Assembly: GCA_964234715.1 (NCBI GenBank)
Contig: OZ174281.1
DNA from: Podarcis melisellensis
Lineage: Eukaryota
DNA length: 64,000 bases
Direction: 5' to 3' (one strand)
Shown here: piece after piece, positions 49,161 to 62,369 of the stretch
Layout of the letters: each line of letters begins with the position of its first letter
Numbering within the stretch: position 1 is the first letter of the stretch
The notes under the pieces: model-generated
Database searches by the model: none
What the model saw: the letters and a program-made list of their open reading frames with translations, nothing else
Told to the model about the DNA's origin: nothing
Made by a program: the position numbers and the translations under genes

Positions 49161-50900
49161 TTCTGAGCCCTCTAGCTGTTCGTACTTGTTGCTTGCCTGG
49201 GCTGCTTGGTTGCCTTGCCTGATCACCTTCTCCCAACATGTCACAGAAAAAAGTGGGCAATGCCCCTTCCTGAGTAAGCAGCCTTCCCTTCCCACCCCAC
49301 CCCCTCCAGCAGGCACTGCTCTGCTCACACAGTGCATTGTGATGCCACTGCATTGCAGCATTTGATGAAGCAGGCAGCAAACAGGGGCCAGGCAGTGCCT
49401 TGGTGTCTTACTCACCACTGGGGGAGGAATGGGCTTCTCCCCTCTTGATGGCGTTGTCTGTTTCTAATTTGGTGGAAAGTTGTATTTCTTTTTTTTACAT
49501 ATAATCCTGTGCAAGGGATGTAGGCTTAGCTTCAGTCAGGAAGCAACTTAGTCCACTTCAAATCATAATTGCAAGGGAAAATAGCTTCCAATTTGATTGG
49601 CTGTTTCAAGCAGAAATACTGTAGGTTGGTCAGTTAGAGATTATTGGTTTGGCAGCACACATTTCCTCTCTGTTGCTCTAGCCTCTTGGATTCCCTGTAC
49701 TTCTGTGACATGTGGCTGTAGTTTCTGCCTCATGAGAGTTTGCAGCCAGGATTTCTGCTGAGACTAAATTTAACTTTCCTAGCAAATGCTGTCCATGTTG
49801 CAGATGGATGATGCCCTGTAAATTGAGAAGTGGAAGGCCTTTTGTAGCACTGCATATTATCTATATTGCTTTGCAAAAACTGCATTTTCATTGTATATTA
49901 TTTGCTTTTATTAGAACTGGAAAACATGCTTTGTTAGAGAAAAATGACCGAGTTGAGTTTCCAGAACCTTCACATCAGCTACAGGTGAGAGAGATAGGAA
50001 AGACCAAAAGAAAAAAACTTCTGAAATATAAATGTTGCTTTGAAAAGAATTGGAAAAGTCTTCATGACCTTTTTCAGAATGTGGAATATAGACAACTGAA
50101 TAACAGCTTCTGAAAGACACAAAGTGACAGGAACCCAAGTGGAACAAAATAAAATTGATAATTACAATACACATAGACAGCTAAAAATGAAAGCACATGT
50201 GGATATATGTGTATAAATTAAAGGATTACAAAACACAAATACAAAATTTTCCAAGCTGTAGCTGCTATATACCAAAATAAATAAGTTCTTCAACATTGCA
50301 GATAATAATTGATGCAGTCTCCAGGATTGCATCTCATGTCCTACTTCTTCTGATCACATTGGATAATTGTTCATGAATGGCAGACATTAATCCCCAGGTT
50401 ATGTTTGTACATCTATGCAGTCCATTTTCTTCACTTGCCTGTTGCATGAGTGAAGATCTTAAGTGGTTCTGTCTGGTTATGGTGATGGTTGCCTTGCAGT
50501 CACAAAAATGGGGTGACTACTTTTGCACTGTCGCCTGTAACTGCTCTGAGTGAAAGCCATGGCTGCAGCAACTGAAGTCTGGGAAACAGAACTGGAGTTT
50601 CAGGGAGGTTTGGCACAAGTAGGCAAGCCCCCCTCCTTCTATTTTGGCAAAAGCAAACTCAAAACCTGAATGCCAGTTCACCTTAGTATGCGATTCTTGT
50701 CCTTTGGCAGCTGAATCAGCAGTATTGATGCCCGTGTTGTTTTTTCTTCCTGTAAATTCATTGCTATACCGAAAGGAGCTGACTATGACTTGCTAAAAGA
50801 TAGGGCATGCCTGGGGGGCATGTCAAAGAAGTGGATCTGGTTTGAACAATCTCCTCCTCCTGTCACTATGCAGACTTTAAAATGTAGTACATTATATTGA

Positions 50901-51263
50901 AAAGGGATGAGGGTGGCGCTGTGGATTAAACGACAGAGCCTAGGACTTGCCGATCAGAAGGTTGGCAGTTTGAATCCCTGCGACGGGGTGAGCTCCTGTT
51001 GTTCGGTCCCTGCTCCTGTCTACCTAGCAGTTCAAAAGCACAAAGTGCAAGTAGATAAATAGGTACCACTCTGGCGGGAAGGTAAACGGTGTTTCCGTGC
51101 GCTGCTCTGGTTTCGCCAGAAGCGGCTTAGTCATGCTCGCCACATGACCTGGAAAAACTGTCTGTGGACAAATGCCAGCTCCCTCGGCCAGTAAAGCGAG
51201 ATGAGCGCCGCAACCCTCGAGTCGTCCATGACTGGACTTAATGGTCAGGGGTCCTTTACCCTT
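50901..51263 (+). mobile_element. Sauria SINE, full length
   Basis: GGTGGCGCTGTGGATTAA head and CCTTTACCCTTTA tail. TSD TACATTATATTGA (50888-50900 / 51264-51276). Confidence 0.9.
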
Positions 51264-53519
51264 TACATTATATTGATACTGTCCTGCATCAACTTCTTGC
51301 CTTTCTGTGGAGATGATGGAAGTGTGACTTTCTGTATCTAGCTTTAATTTTGGAATCAGAGCAGTGCCATTAATAGATTAAGTAGTGGCATTACAGGCCC
51401 TCTTATATTCCTTCTTGACTAGGAGGAGCTAACAGCAAACATGGTGAGGACCAGGCTGGATCTGGAAGGTTCTTCCCTGAGGAGCTGCTGTTCTGCATTT
51501 TGTCATGTGGAGCAGTGGTTAGCAGTTCTTCACAGAAGGTTCTTGACTGTGGGACTGTGCCTATGTCATTCACCACATGGGACCAAGGTCAGCAGTCTTT
51601 GACAATGGAGGAATCTGGAAGTCCTTTTGTTGTGGTGGTCTGTTTTGTCATGGAGCTGAAATACAAAATAATTAATTAGTTAATTTTGACGTCATTTCCC
51701 TGGGGGTACAAACATGGACAACCATAAGTGATATTCGCTGATGTTTTTGACTTGGTTGTCAGTGTCATTTTGATTTAAATACGCTGTCCACAGTTTTCCT
51801 ATCAGGACATATTCTCAGGATATTCAGACACCCATCTTTGACTCCCAGGCAAATGAGAAGCATGTCTGGAAGGCCTTGGAGGTGTAGCCAGGTTTAGAGT
51901 CACAGGCAGAACGCAACTCGTTAAGCCACACACATCCTAAGCCACTGACAGGAACTATCAAGAGAGACAATGGGAAATAAAAACGCGGAAGAAATATGAG
52001 CTGACTCCTGCTCAAGCTGCACATTACAATCAGATGTAGGATCTTTCCTCCACCCCATATTATTTATTCACTCGTATTTATTTAATGCATTTATACCTAT
52101 TTTGCAGGGAATCCTGCCCTTGTGAGAAGGCCCATAGAAAATGTTTAAAACATAAAAACACAATAGCAAAAAAAATAATAAAATACAATTCCATAATTAA
52201 AAGCCATCACCACAGGCCAGTATAATAATATATAATGCAACTCAAAATATGAGAGCTTGAGGCAATTTCTTTTTCATGCACAGAAAATGGATTCAACATG
52301 GTCCAGCGCAATGCAGAACAAACTTTACAGTATGTGATGGACGTAAGAAGAAGAAAAGACTCGTGGGACTTGCAGTTCAGTTCATCTAGTTGGGCCTTCG
52401 TGTTTGTGCTCAATCTTGAGTCGGTTGGTTCTGCCCACTCACAGGACCTGCATTCTGTTCCTCTAATGTGCAGAGGCACTGCTCTGGCAAGTTTTGCTTC
52501 TGGTGAAGAGACAGGCTGGCATTTCACACAGCAATTGGTACCATGGAGAACCTTCTCTGTACTGTTTCAATTTTCCTATCAGCTACATGTCTCCTTTTCT
52601 TCTCTTTTCTCCACTTTTCATTTCTTTAGTCCCCTGTTATCTACTTTGCATTTCCTTATGTCAGTCTTTGTGTGTTTATTTTCCCCCTGTCAAATCACAT
52701 ACTGATTGGCAGTGGCCCTTTGTTTTAAGAGCGCCTGAAAACAACCTCAGGGATCAAACAGCCTTTGTGTCCCATTCGCAGGAGCATCACTGGTGGTTCC
52801 CTGAGTTGGCCAGGCTCATTTGACAGCAACAAGAAACCAAGCCTGTTGTGTCATCAGCCCAGTCCTGTGCAATCCTCTGCCAAGAGAGATTCAGCAGGCG
52901 CCTTCTGTGCCAACTTTTAAACACCTGCTGGAAACATTTCTACTCTGCCAGGCCTAGACAGGCAATTAAGAGAACATCCTTCCACAATGGTTCATTGATG
53001 TCTGTATTTAACTTTTTCAATGGGTTTTCGTGTATGGTTTTATTTTATTGCTGTAAACTGCTTTGATTTTTTTTTAAAAAATGATGCAGTGGTATACAAT
53101 TTAATTAATTAATTAAATAAGGCAGCAAGCTTAATGCACATGGCTGCTGATGTTGCTGTGCTGGGAAGGGTCGCAGTGCCACAGACTGACTCTATTTGGG
53201 GGGCACACTGTGGGAATGGGCTTTGCTAGCTGCCAGTTCCATGACCCAGCTTGACCCTGGTTCCAGTTTCCACCCTACTGTTCATTCCAGCTGGATACCC
53301 TCCCAGCACTGACCCACATGGAAAAGAAAGGAGCTTGTGGAACAGAAGTGCCTGAACTAAAGGAATGAGGGGGCATGTGAGTCAGGATGGTGGAAGGAGC
53401 TGGGCCTTTTCACCCAGGCTGAGCCCTAACACTGGATGTTCAGATGCCGCATGTAGAAGGGAGAGAACTCTGAAGTGACAGGGAAGTGATACTGAGACGG
53501 TATCTCAGCTGTGCTAAAC

Positions 53520-53533
53520 GTTGTCATGGCAAC
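53520..53533. promoter_or_regulatory. RFX X-box GTTGTCATGGCAAC
   Basis: Full-length match to the X-box consensus GTTRYCATRGYAAC. Confidence 0.55.
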
Positions 53534-53694
53534 CTGTGCCATGGAGGGCGGAGGCTTACATGATAGCAGCTTTTTCAATACAGAAGCCTTGTCTGGGTTG
53601 TCACACTGTTCCATTTCTCCACACCAGAACTCAACTTCTTAAAAGTTTGTAGAACAATGGATTACAGTCCATTCTTAGAGCACTCCTTACAATA

Positions 53695-53935
53695 CAGTGG
53701 TACCTCCAGTTACAAACTTAATTCGTTCTGGAGGTCCATTCTCAACCTGAAACTGCTCATAACATGAGGCGCATTTTGCTAATGGTGCCTCCTGTTGCTG
53801 CTGCGCTGCTGGCACACGACTTCCGTTTGCATCCTGGGGCAGAGGCCGCAACTGGGAGCATCTACTTCTGGGTTAGCAGAGCTTGTAACCCGCATCGTTC
53901 ACAAGGGGGACGGTACGTAACATGAGGTTCCATTG
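53695..53935. mobile_element. Tc1/mariner-pogo-type MITE, diverged copy
   Basis: TA-CAGTGGTACCTC ... GAGGTTCCATTG-TA. Interior similar to the 20.7-kb copy. Confidence 0.75.
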
Positions 53936-54556
53936 TACTGAAGACTGTTTCAGATGTTAAGGTCAGCAGAGGCGGCCTTCTCAGTAGTTCCTATGAAGTT
54001 TGGGGTGGCAGCAGCCCAGGAGAGGACATTCTGTGTGGCAGTCACCAAGTTGTGGAAGTTTTCCCCACTTCCACAACTTGGGGGAAGGCGCCCTTACTGT
54101 GCAGCTTTTGTAATATGCTGAAGACTTACCTCTTTGGAATAGTTTTGATACCCGAGAGATATATTTTCAGGGCCCACCCTATTCCTGTTTCTAATGTTCA
54201 GTTCTGCTGGTGTAGAGTGAGCACAGAATTTCAACACCTGGAACTGCCTCAATATAGCTTTGCTGGGCTCTGTTGAAAAACAGCTTCTCCATGCAAACCA
54301 GGAAGTGACCTCTTCAGACAACAGAATGACTCTTCTTTTCTTATCTCTGCAACTGCGATCTCCTGGGTGATGTGAACACCATTAGGCAGCAAATGTGCAT
54401 TACTCCATCTGTTTCCCTCCTTCCCACCCCCATTGTGTGGCCCTGGGAGCTGGCAACCCATGCTATGCCACTGCCTGGGACTGCTGGTGAAAGGAAGGTA
54501 ATACAAACACAAGCAACAGCCATAACCTCTTTCTTACTCTTCCTCCTCTTCTGGAA

Positions 54557-55900
54557 CCATGGAATTGTAGAGTTGGAAGGGACCTCGAGAGTCATCTAGT
54601 CCAACCCCTTGCAGTGCAAGAATCTCAGCTGAAGTATCAATTACAGATGGCCATCCAACCACTGCTTAAAAACCAAAGAAGGAGAAGCCCCCACCTTCCG
54701 AGGGCAGTGGTGAATTTGAGTACTATAGTGCCCAAAATTTGTCGCACTCCTCCAGGCCTTATGTTGCCTTCCCAAATACAGGTAAGGAGGCACCCAGCTT
54801 TGGTAAGGAAGCGTAAGGGCTCTGGCAGGGTCCTAAAGCCCTCCACTTCCTTCCCAAAGCTGGGAAAGTGCTAACTAGGCTTTGGGAAGAATGTGTTATT
54901 GTAAAGCACCAAAGCTGCTGCAAGCAAAGGCTCTAGCAGCTCAGGCAGCTGCTTGTGGCTGCAAAGCCAAACAGGATGTTTGTGACTGTTGCCATGGAAA
55001 CAAAGGGGCAGTCCATTCTGTACTGAGCACTGGATGTTAGCTCAGTGTGTGTGTCATATGACCCGTACTGGAAGTACATGGGTGGAGTCTATTCTAACTG
55101 CTATGGAGTGCAGACATGTTTTCTCTGTACTGATATGAAAGACAGGAATAAAAGATGTAAATAGATTTCTGTCTGCTTCTTTCCCCTCCCTGGGGGACAC
55201 CAAAGGGGAGAGAGGAAGAACGGTGTGTTCTTCTCACACATCTGAGAAGAATCGCCGAGACCTCGGCTGCTTATCAGCAGTGTAGCAGCGGGGAGGTCGC
55301 CAAGGAATATCTGCCGGTGCCTAAGCTGTGGCACATACCTCTGACCATGGCAGAATTCCAACAGAATGAAGGAGGACTCTAGGACCCTGTCAGAGCCCTC
55401 ACACCTTCCCTGCACTTTGCTTACCAGGCCCTCTCAGCGCCCAGTACATGCACACTGTTCACACAGCCCTAAATCTGTCCCTCCTGAAGCTCTGACTGTC
55501 AGGAAGTTCTTCCTGGTGTTTAGTCAGAACCTCTTTTCTTGTAACATGGACCCACTGGCTCCGGCCCTACCTTCCAGAGCAGGAGAAAACAAGCTTGCTC
55601 CATCTTCCATGTGACAGCCCTTAAGGTATTTGTAGATGACTATCATATCTCCTCTTTTCCAGGCTAAACATACACAGCTCCTTCAAGCAGTCCCCGTAAG
55701 GCTTGGTTTCCAGACCCTTAAGCATCTTGGTTTCCCTCCTCTGCACATGTTCCAGCTTGTCAACGTCCTTCTTAAATTGCGGTGCCCAAAACTGGACACA
55801 GTATTCCAGGTGTGGTCTGACCAAGGCAGAATAGAGTGGGACTATTACTTAACTTGATCTGGACACTGTATTTCTGTTGAATAGCATTAGCTTTTTTTGT
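54557..55900 (-). mobile_element. CR1 LINE 3' region split by a ~780-bp insert (~54706-55486)
   Basis: The CR1 3' UTR is at 54557-54705 and continues at 55487 (GCTCTGACTGTCAGGAAGTTCTTCC) into [30 protein letters not shown]...GLETKPY. Confidence 0.8.
54988..55001. promoter_or_regulatory. RFX X-box GTTGCCATGGAAAC
   Basis: Full-length match to the RFX consensus GTTGCCATGGNAAC. Confidence 0.5.
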
Positions 55901-58730
55901 TACAAGTATGGCAGCATAGCTTCTAATTTCCTCAGAGAACTAATAGTTCAGGAGGAACCCAGAATAAAGGCTGCAGAAACATTCTGAAGTACCGTAAATT
56001 ACTAATACAGAACACTGTAGTAATGTCTGCCATTCATTACTAATACAGAGTAACCAGTAGATACAAACTGAGGGAGGTTGTTTTCCTGGGGGCCTTGTTC
56101 TCCTATTCTCAATTGTCTGCTCCTCCATTTGCTTCCATGATGTAGCTGACAAAAACCCAAGCAGTCTTGGGTACTGTGCTCAATAGAAGGTTGTCTGGGT
56201 AACACGGCTCATTCTCCTCCATTCCCCAGAAAAGAAGGAAATATGACTGAACGGTACACACTCTGTGCCTAGAGGAAGTGCAAATTGTTTTTGTTGCACA
56301 CTTTCAGATCATACATGTGTGCAAGAGCATTTCACAGGTAAGGAATGGAGGGGAGGTTAGTTTCCTGCTGATGGAATATTTCAGCTGAAGCTTCTCTTTG
56401 GACACCCCAAGGTTATTGGCTCCCCAGTGAATAGGAAAGGTACTCTTCCCACACCAGCACTGTCACACAGCACTGAAGTTTCCCTTATTCAGTTTATGGC
56501 TTCTCTTTATCTTTCTTTTGTACACATGTGATGTTATGGTTCCCACATCCTGTGTTTTCTACCCTGAGATTCCTGAATAGGTGGGAATGTACACAACATG
56601 TCCCCCATTTTGTAGACCGAATACATGCCTGCTCTTTGAGGGCAAAACATGCAAAATGAAAATAGCCTTCTGGAGCAGCTGTATGACATGCCCAGAGCAA
56701 GAACCAAACCAAAGCTCCCCCCCCCCCGCAGCCCATTTGCGTTCAGTGACCTGGCTGCATGACAGACATGCCACCTCCTTAGCCCTGGCTTTAGTGCCTT
56801 ACGTATGAGAGTTCTTCTAATATGTTCCTTCCTGGCAGATTGTTGGGCCACCTCCAGTGTGGGTCTGATGATTCTGCAGCCGCTCTTTCAGATTTGGCAT
56901 GGGCTTTCCATCCTGCTCCTAATATGAAGGGATGAAGTGACAGCTCTGAGGCCCACCTGTCAGGGTCTGCAAGGGCCCACCTGGTCCTGCGTTTACCAGC
57001 AGGGCAAGGGAAAGAGCCTCTGCCCTTTGGCACTGATGTCCAGCCTAGGCTGGCAGGCCCCAGCTCTTGCTGCTTCCATTCCTCCCTGCTTTCATAGATC
57101 TCTCCTTGTGCTAGGTAAAAAATAAGCCATTGAAGGAACTTGGCATGGGATGGCTGGAGTGGTATTCAGAGGACAAGGAGTTGCTCGGACAAGGTATTAA
57201 AAAGCAACACCTGACAATCAAATTGCTTTGCTGTACTGAGCAATCTGCTCAATGTTCTTTTGATTTTTTAGGTAAAGGGGGCAACTGAGCTAGGCCATTC
57301 ATGCCTTCTGGCTCAATTCTTGCCTCAGAGCAGGCATGAGTCTTGTTCTATTTCTGCAGGATTTTGCTGGGCTAACCACGGAAAAATGAAGCACACTTTA
57401 GAGAACTGTGCTCCGGCAACTTTCAGGTTTGTCTATAGTGATACATCATATTGGGGTGGGGGCATACCCTCCAAGGGTCCTGATTTTCCAGGGACAGTCC
57501 TAGAATTACAAAAGCCATCCCAGTTTCTAATTTAATCCCGGAATCTCCTGGTTTTCCCTTTTCCTCCCCTCCCCATCTCGATTGAAAGTGGTGGAGAGAT
57601 GAGACACTCCAGCTCCTGTCCTTTTTGGAAACGGGAGACTTTGCTGTGTGTAGGTGCAAAAACTGAGTCCTGTTTATACAAAAATAAAATATCTGCACCG
57701 AATGAAGGAAATGGTGAAACTGCCATACAAAGCCTTTCCTATAATTTTGAAGGAAAATGTAACCAATTCACTTTAAATTCTTCAGCAGCCAGCCATTTTT
57801 AAGGAAATGTGTGGAGTGTTTATTTCTTTGTTGTAACTAGAGCCTTACACTACAAGCCTTTACCTATCTACTCAGAAGTAAGTCCCACTGTATTCAATGG
57901 AGCTTACTCCCAGGTAACTGGGTAAAGACTGTGCAGGCTTACACTGTAATCCTAAGCATTTTTACACAGAACTAAGTCCTACTGAGTTCAATAGGATTAA
58001 CTCTCTGGTATGTTCCTGATCATTCATATCGTTATCCCGTCTTTTTCCCTGACAGGGACTCCAGACAGCTTACAGGTAAAATTATATTTCATTCCATTGA
58101 TCTGTTTATAGTGTTGTACATGATCCCTCCCCTCACACATTTTTCCTTTACAACAACCCTGTGAGGTAGGTTAGGCAGGCAGGTGGTAATTGGCTCAAGG
58201 TTAGCGATGTATGTGGCTACATGATGTCTATGTGCGTGGCAGATCAAACGCGGGAGAAGCTTCCTGATGTAGAATAGAATGTCCCTACTTTCTTCAGAGA
58301 AACGTTGGCGGGTATGGGTTGGGGACAAGGGTGTTTTGCCTTTTCGAAACTGCATTGGTGGTTATGAAATACTCTCCACAGAAAGCCTTGCCTGGTGCCT
58401 AGCTTGATGCAGTTTTGTTGTCATACCAAAGCCTTTTTAGTCTCCCAGGCCTTTTAATTGTGAACTTCAATTTCTTCTTATTATAGGATTTTATATCCTG
58501 CTCTGCCATCTACTGGTTTAACATTTTATTGTTGTTGTTTTACATTTTCAACAGTGGTATTATTACATCTTTATCTGCATTGTAAAGCTTCTGTGGGAGC
58601 TTTTTTTTTAAGGCAGTCTATAAGCAGCTTCTATAAATATATTTCTAAATAAAATGCTCTGAAGTGGCTTGTCATCATAAAAATAATACTTGAATTATAA
58701 CACAACGAAATGGCTGTTCTGATTACGTAT

Positions 58731-58749
58731 CAGCACTAGGTGGCAGTGT
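58731..58749 (+). promoter_or_regulatory. Candidate CTCF site
   Basis: CAGCACTAGGTGGCAGTGT fits the CTCF core (CCASYAGRKGGCRS) with one mismatch, in non-repetitive sequence. Confidence 0.5.
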
Positions 58750-59409
58750 TGCGCTCACCCATTTTGACAAAGCTGGTTATCCTCCAACAAGTGTCCGCAG
58801 GGCGAACCCACTGGCTCTCCCATCTGCTCTCTCTGAAATAAATGGGAACAGGTTTGCCACACTGCAGAGTTTCTGTGTCTTCCCCTCCTTTTTTTGAAGT
58901 GCTCCAGTTCACTTACAACATGAAGATACCATCAGTCAACAGCTATTTTAATTAAACTGTCTTCAGTTGGCTCTTCAGTTAGCCCAGTCCTATAATTAAA
59001 GGGAATTTAATAAACACTACAAAGCCTATTTAATTTTTCTGTCTCTGAAACTAAAGCTGAACTTTCCCGACCTGCTAGGAGCTGAGAAGCTGGCACCCCC
59101 CATTCCCACGTCTTGTTGCTTCTGCCGCGCTCTCCCCCCCACCCAACCGCTGCCTCATTGCGCTCAGGTGGAAGTAGAGAAGCCTGCTGTTTTCCTCTTG
59201 CCCAGGGCTGTGGCTCTTGATGGCAGAAGCCAGGCACAAGCAAGTAGGGCGCACAATGTTTTTCACTGCAGACATCCTCTTTGCTCAGCCTGGCCCTGAG
59301 GGGTGTTTGCACTGAAACTTTCCCAGATCATCATGCCAGCCCAGATAGCCTCCCTTCTTGTGGCTGGGCGGCTTCTCTAGCAGGAAGGCCACATTTTTCA
59401 AGCACTGGA

Positions 59410-59771
59410 TATGCTGAGGGGATATCTTCGGCCTCGGTCCAGTATACCTGAAGGAGCGTCTCCACCCCCATCATTCTGCCCGGACGCTGAGGTCCAGCGC
59501 CGAGGGCCTTCTGGCGGTTCCCTCATTGCGAGAAGCAAAGCTACAGGGAACCAGGCAGAGGGCCTTCTCGGTAGTGACGCCCGCCCTGTGGAACGCCCTT
59601 CCAGCAGATGTCAAAGCGATAAACAACTACCTGACATTCAGAAGACATCTTAAGGCCGCCCTGTTCAGGGAAGTTTTTAACATGTGATATTTTACTGTAT
59701 TTTTGGTTTTTATGGAAGCCGCCCAGAGTGGCTGGGGAGGCCCAGCCAGATGGGCGGGGTATAAATAATAA

Positions 59772-59821
<50 letters not shown>
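59410..59821 (+). mobile_element. Young L2-type LINE 3' end with (TTA)n tail
   Basis: Intact C-terminus YLKERLHPHHSARTLRSSAEGLLAVPSLREAKLQGTRQRAFSVVTPALWNALPADVKAINNYLTFRRHLKAALFREVF, 3' hairpin GCCGCCCAGAGTGGCTGGG..CCCAGCCAGATGGGCGG, (ATT)n tail. Confidence 0.85.
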
Positions 59822-59858
59822 CTTTTCAGAGATAGGGCATCCATTGCTACCTGTAGAT

Positions 59859-60220
59859 CAGGGGTCCCCAAACTAAGGCCCGCGGGCTGGGTAAGGCCCA
59901 AGGGACTCGTTTATCCGGCCTGCGGTGACACCTGCCGCCTGCTCTTACTGGCACTGCGCTGTGCGGCTGCCCACTTCCAGGTCGGAGGTGCACCAGAAAT
60001 AGCTTGTGTGCATGCGCAAGTGTTATTTCCGGCACACATCCGGGTCAGAGGAGGCCCGTGCACATGCACACAAGCTATTTCCGGTGCTCCTCCAACCCAG
60101 AAGTGTGCCAGAAATAGTGTGTGCGCACGCATATGGGCACGCACTCCCCCGCCCTCCGGCCCACCGCGCAATCAGCGCTGGAGACACCGGCCTGAGGTGC
60201 AGTAAGTTTGCAGACCCCTC
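59859..60220. mobile_element. hAT-Charlie-like non-autonomous element
   Basis: TIR CAGGGGTCCCCAAACT / AGTTTGCAGACCCCTC, perfect 8-bp TSD CTGTAGAT, internal repeats of CCAGAAATAGCTTGTGTGCATG. Confidence 0.85.
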
Positions 60221-60667
60221 CTGTAGATGCTATGCCCTGACATCTTGTCTGCAGAGGGCAGTGGTCAGAGACAGATTTAGGGACACAGAGTCTTGGGGGT
60301 GTTGCCGAGGGCGCCACAACTATACTTTAGAACGGAGCATGAGAGGAGGGGGGCAATGTTGGCGTTGCACAGGGGGCTGCTGAAGTTTGAAACCCCAACA
60401 TCTGTCACTTCAATGGTCCCTTATTAGCACATATGTAGCTGCCTCTCGTGTCATATCATACATGCAACCTCAAACCGATGGATCAGTTCAAGTTCTGTGG
60501 TTCTATTAAAAATAGACTCCTCAACTTTTTTAAAAAGACCCCTCTGTATCAGCGTGGTATGACTGATTCTGTGATTCTGTTTTAACACTACTAGAAATAA
60601 GAGGGCAGGTCTTCATACTATGCAGACATATGAAACTCTTGATAGTTTCAAACCACAGTATCTTGAA

Positions 60668-60930
60668 TACCATATTTTTTGCTCTATAAGACTCACTTTT
60701 TCCCTCCTAAAAAGTAAGGGGAAATGTGTGTGCGTCTTATGGAGCGAATGCAGGCTGCGCAGCTATCCCAGAAGCCAGAGCAGCAAGAGGGATTGCTGCT
60801 TTCACTGCGCAGTGATCCCTCTTGCTGTTCTGGCTTCTGAGATGCAGAATATTTTTTTTCTTGTTTTCCTCCTCCAAAAACTAGGTGCGTCTTGTGGTCT
60901 GGTGCGTCTTATGGAGCGAAAATTGGGGTA
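60668..60930. mobile_element. Tc1/mariner (Tc2/pogo-like) MITE
   Basis: TA-CCATATTTTTTGCTCTATAAGACTCAC ... GTGCGTCTTATGGAGCGAAAATTGGGG-TA inverted ends. Confidence 0.7.
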
Positions 60931-62369
60931 ATCATTTTCAGGCTGCTTCTAGTCATCCACTCCCTAACTATATTATTTTGTTTCCTCATTATTGTTCTTT
61001 TACACTTGTACCCGAGCTAGAGGAGGGAGGGGGCTGCCCTTTTTTCTTTTATTTTGGGGGCTGCATTCTTGTTCTATTTGTTTTCTATGTGTTATTCTCT
61101 TGATATTGAGTAGAGATCTCTCTTTAAAAATAAAAATAAAAAATAGACCCCTGCAATTACTGAAGAACAGTCCCGCGACTGTTTTGAGGTGTTTTGTTTC
61201 TTAGCTGACTCAGTTGGGCTTCTTTGGGAGTCAGAATGTTGGGATGTCACCAATTTGTACCCACACCAAATAAAAATGAGACGAGACATTTGTCATTGTG
61301 CAGACTATGGGCTGTATTCAACCAAATAATTGTACAAATATTTGGAATGACTTCCACTTGTGCAATAGAACCCCCCACTCGCCTTGTCATTCCTACATCT
61401 GCTGCTCAGGGTTGGGAGAAAATCCAGAACCAGTTTTGGGTGCAGTGGGGGGCAGGCGAGGTCCCATTTCACAAAGCAGTAGAGATCATCCAGCATGCAG
61501 AGTTCAGGCGCCCCACCAACTCCTGTACCCTGCCATGTGGTTTTGTGTCTGCCACATCTGCAGTGCAGCTCAGTTCTCTATAGGGAGTCAACAGTATCTT
61601 CAAATCCTCAAGAACAGGAGGCTCTCATTTGTTTTTCCCCTTGCCCGAGAAATGCCAAGTTCCTCTGGCAGTTGGCCAGATTCCCTCCTTAGTGTTTGGC
61701 ATTGCCGGTAGGTCCTGCAAATAATAATTTTTAAAACCCTCAAAGTAGCAGGCTCTGCTGCTTAAGACCGGCTCAGATGGATCTCACATACATAGATGCT
61801 ATAGTACTTTTGTTTATAAGTCTTCAGCTCTGTTCTGGAAAAACACGACAGTATGCCTTAAAAAATAATTAGAAATCTGTAATTTATTAATTGACAGATT
61901 CCTGTGGTGATTAGTCAATTATTATTTTTCTTACCAAAGTTGCTATGTGTGTGTGTCCATATAGCAATATATGTCATGACACTTTATAAAGGAGATATCC
62001 AGTCCCCTCAAATACTGATAGTTTCAGGACCTACCTGAATTTTGCATGAATTTCTTCCACTCACTCATTTGGTGTGAACCTGCAAGATTTCTCATTTTCT
62101 CAGCCTTCTGATCTTTGGAGAGATTATTGTTTTTTGTTTTTAGTCAGATGGGGGGGGGGAGCCCTCTGGAAATAGACACCCGCCCCTCTCCAGTGGGAGA
62201 GAGAGGAGGGGTGTCAGAGAGAGAGAGAGAGAGAAAGAAAAGGGGGTGACAGGTCCCCACAATTGACTTTGTCTCTGCTCACTGCCAGGATGTGACCCCA
62301 ACAGAGTATGCTCAAGGCAATGTAGCCCTCAGTGGATTCCACTCCCACACCAAATTCAGACATTTAACA

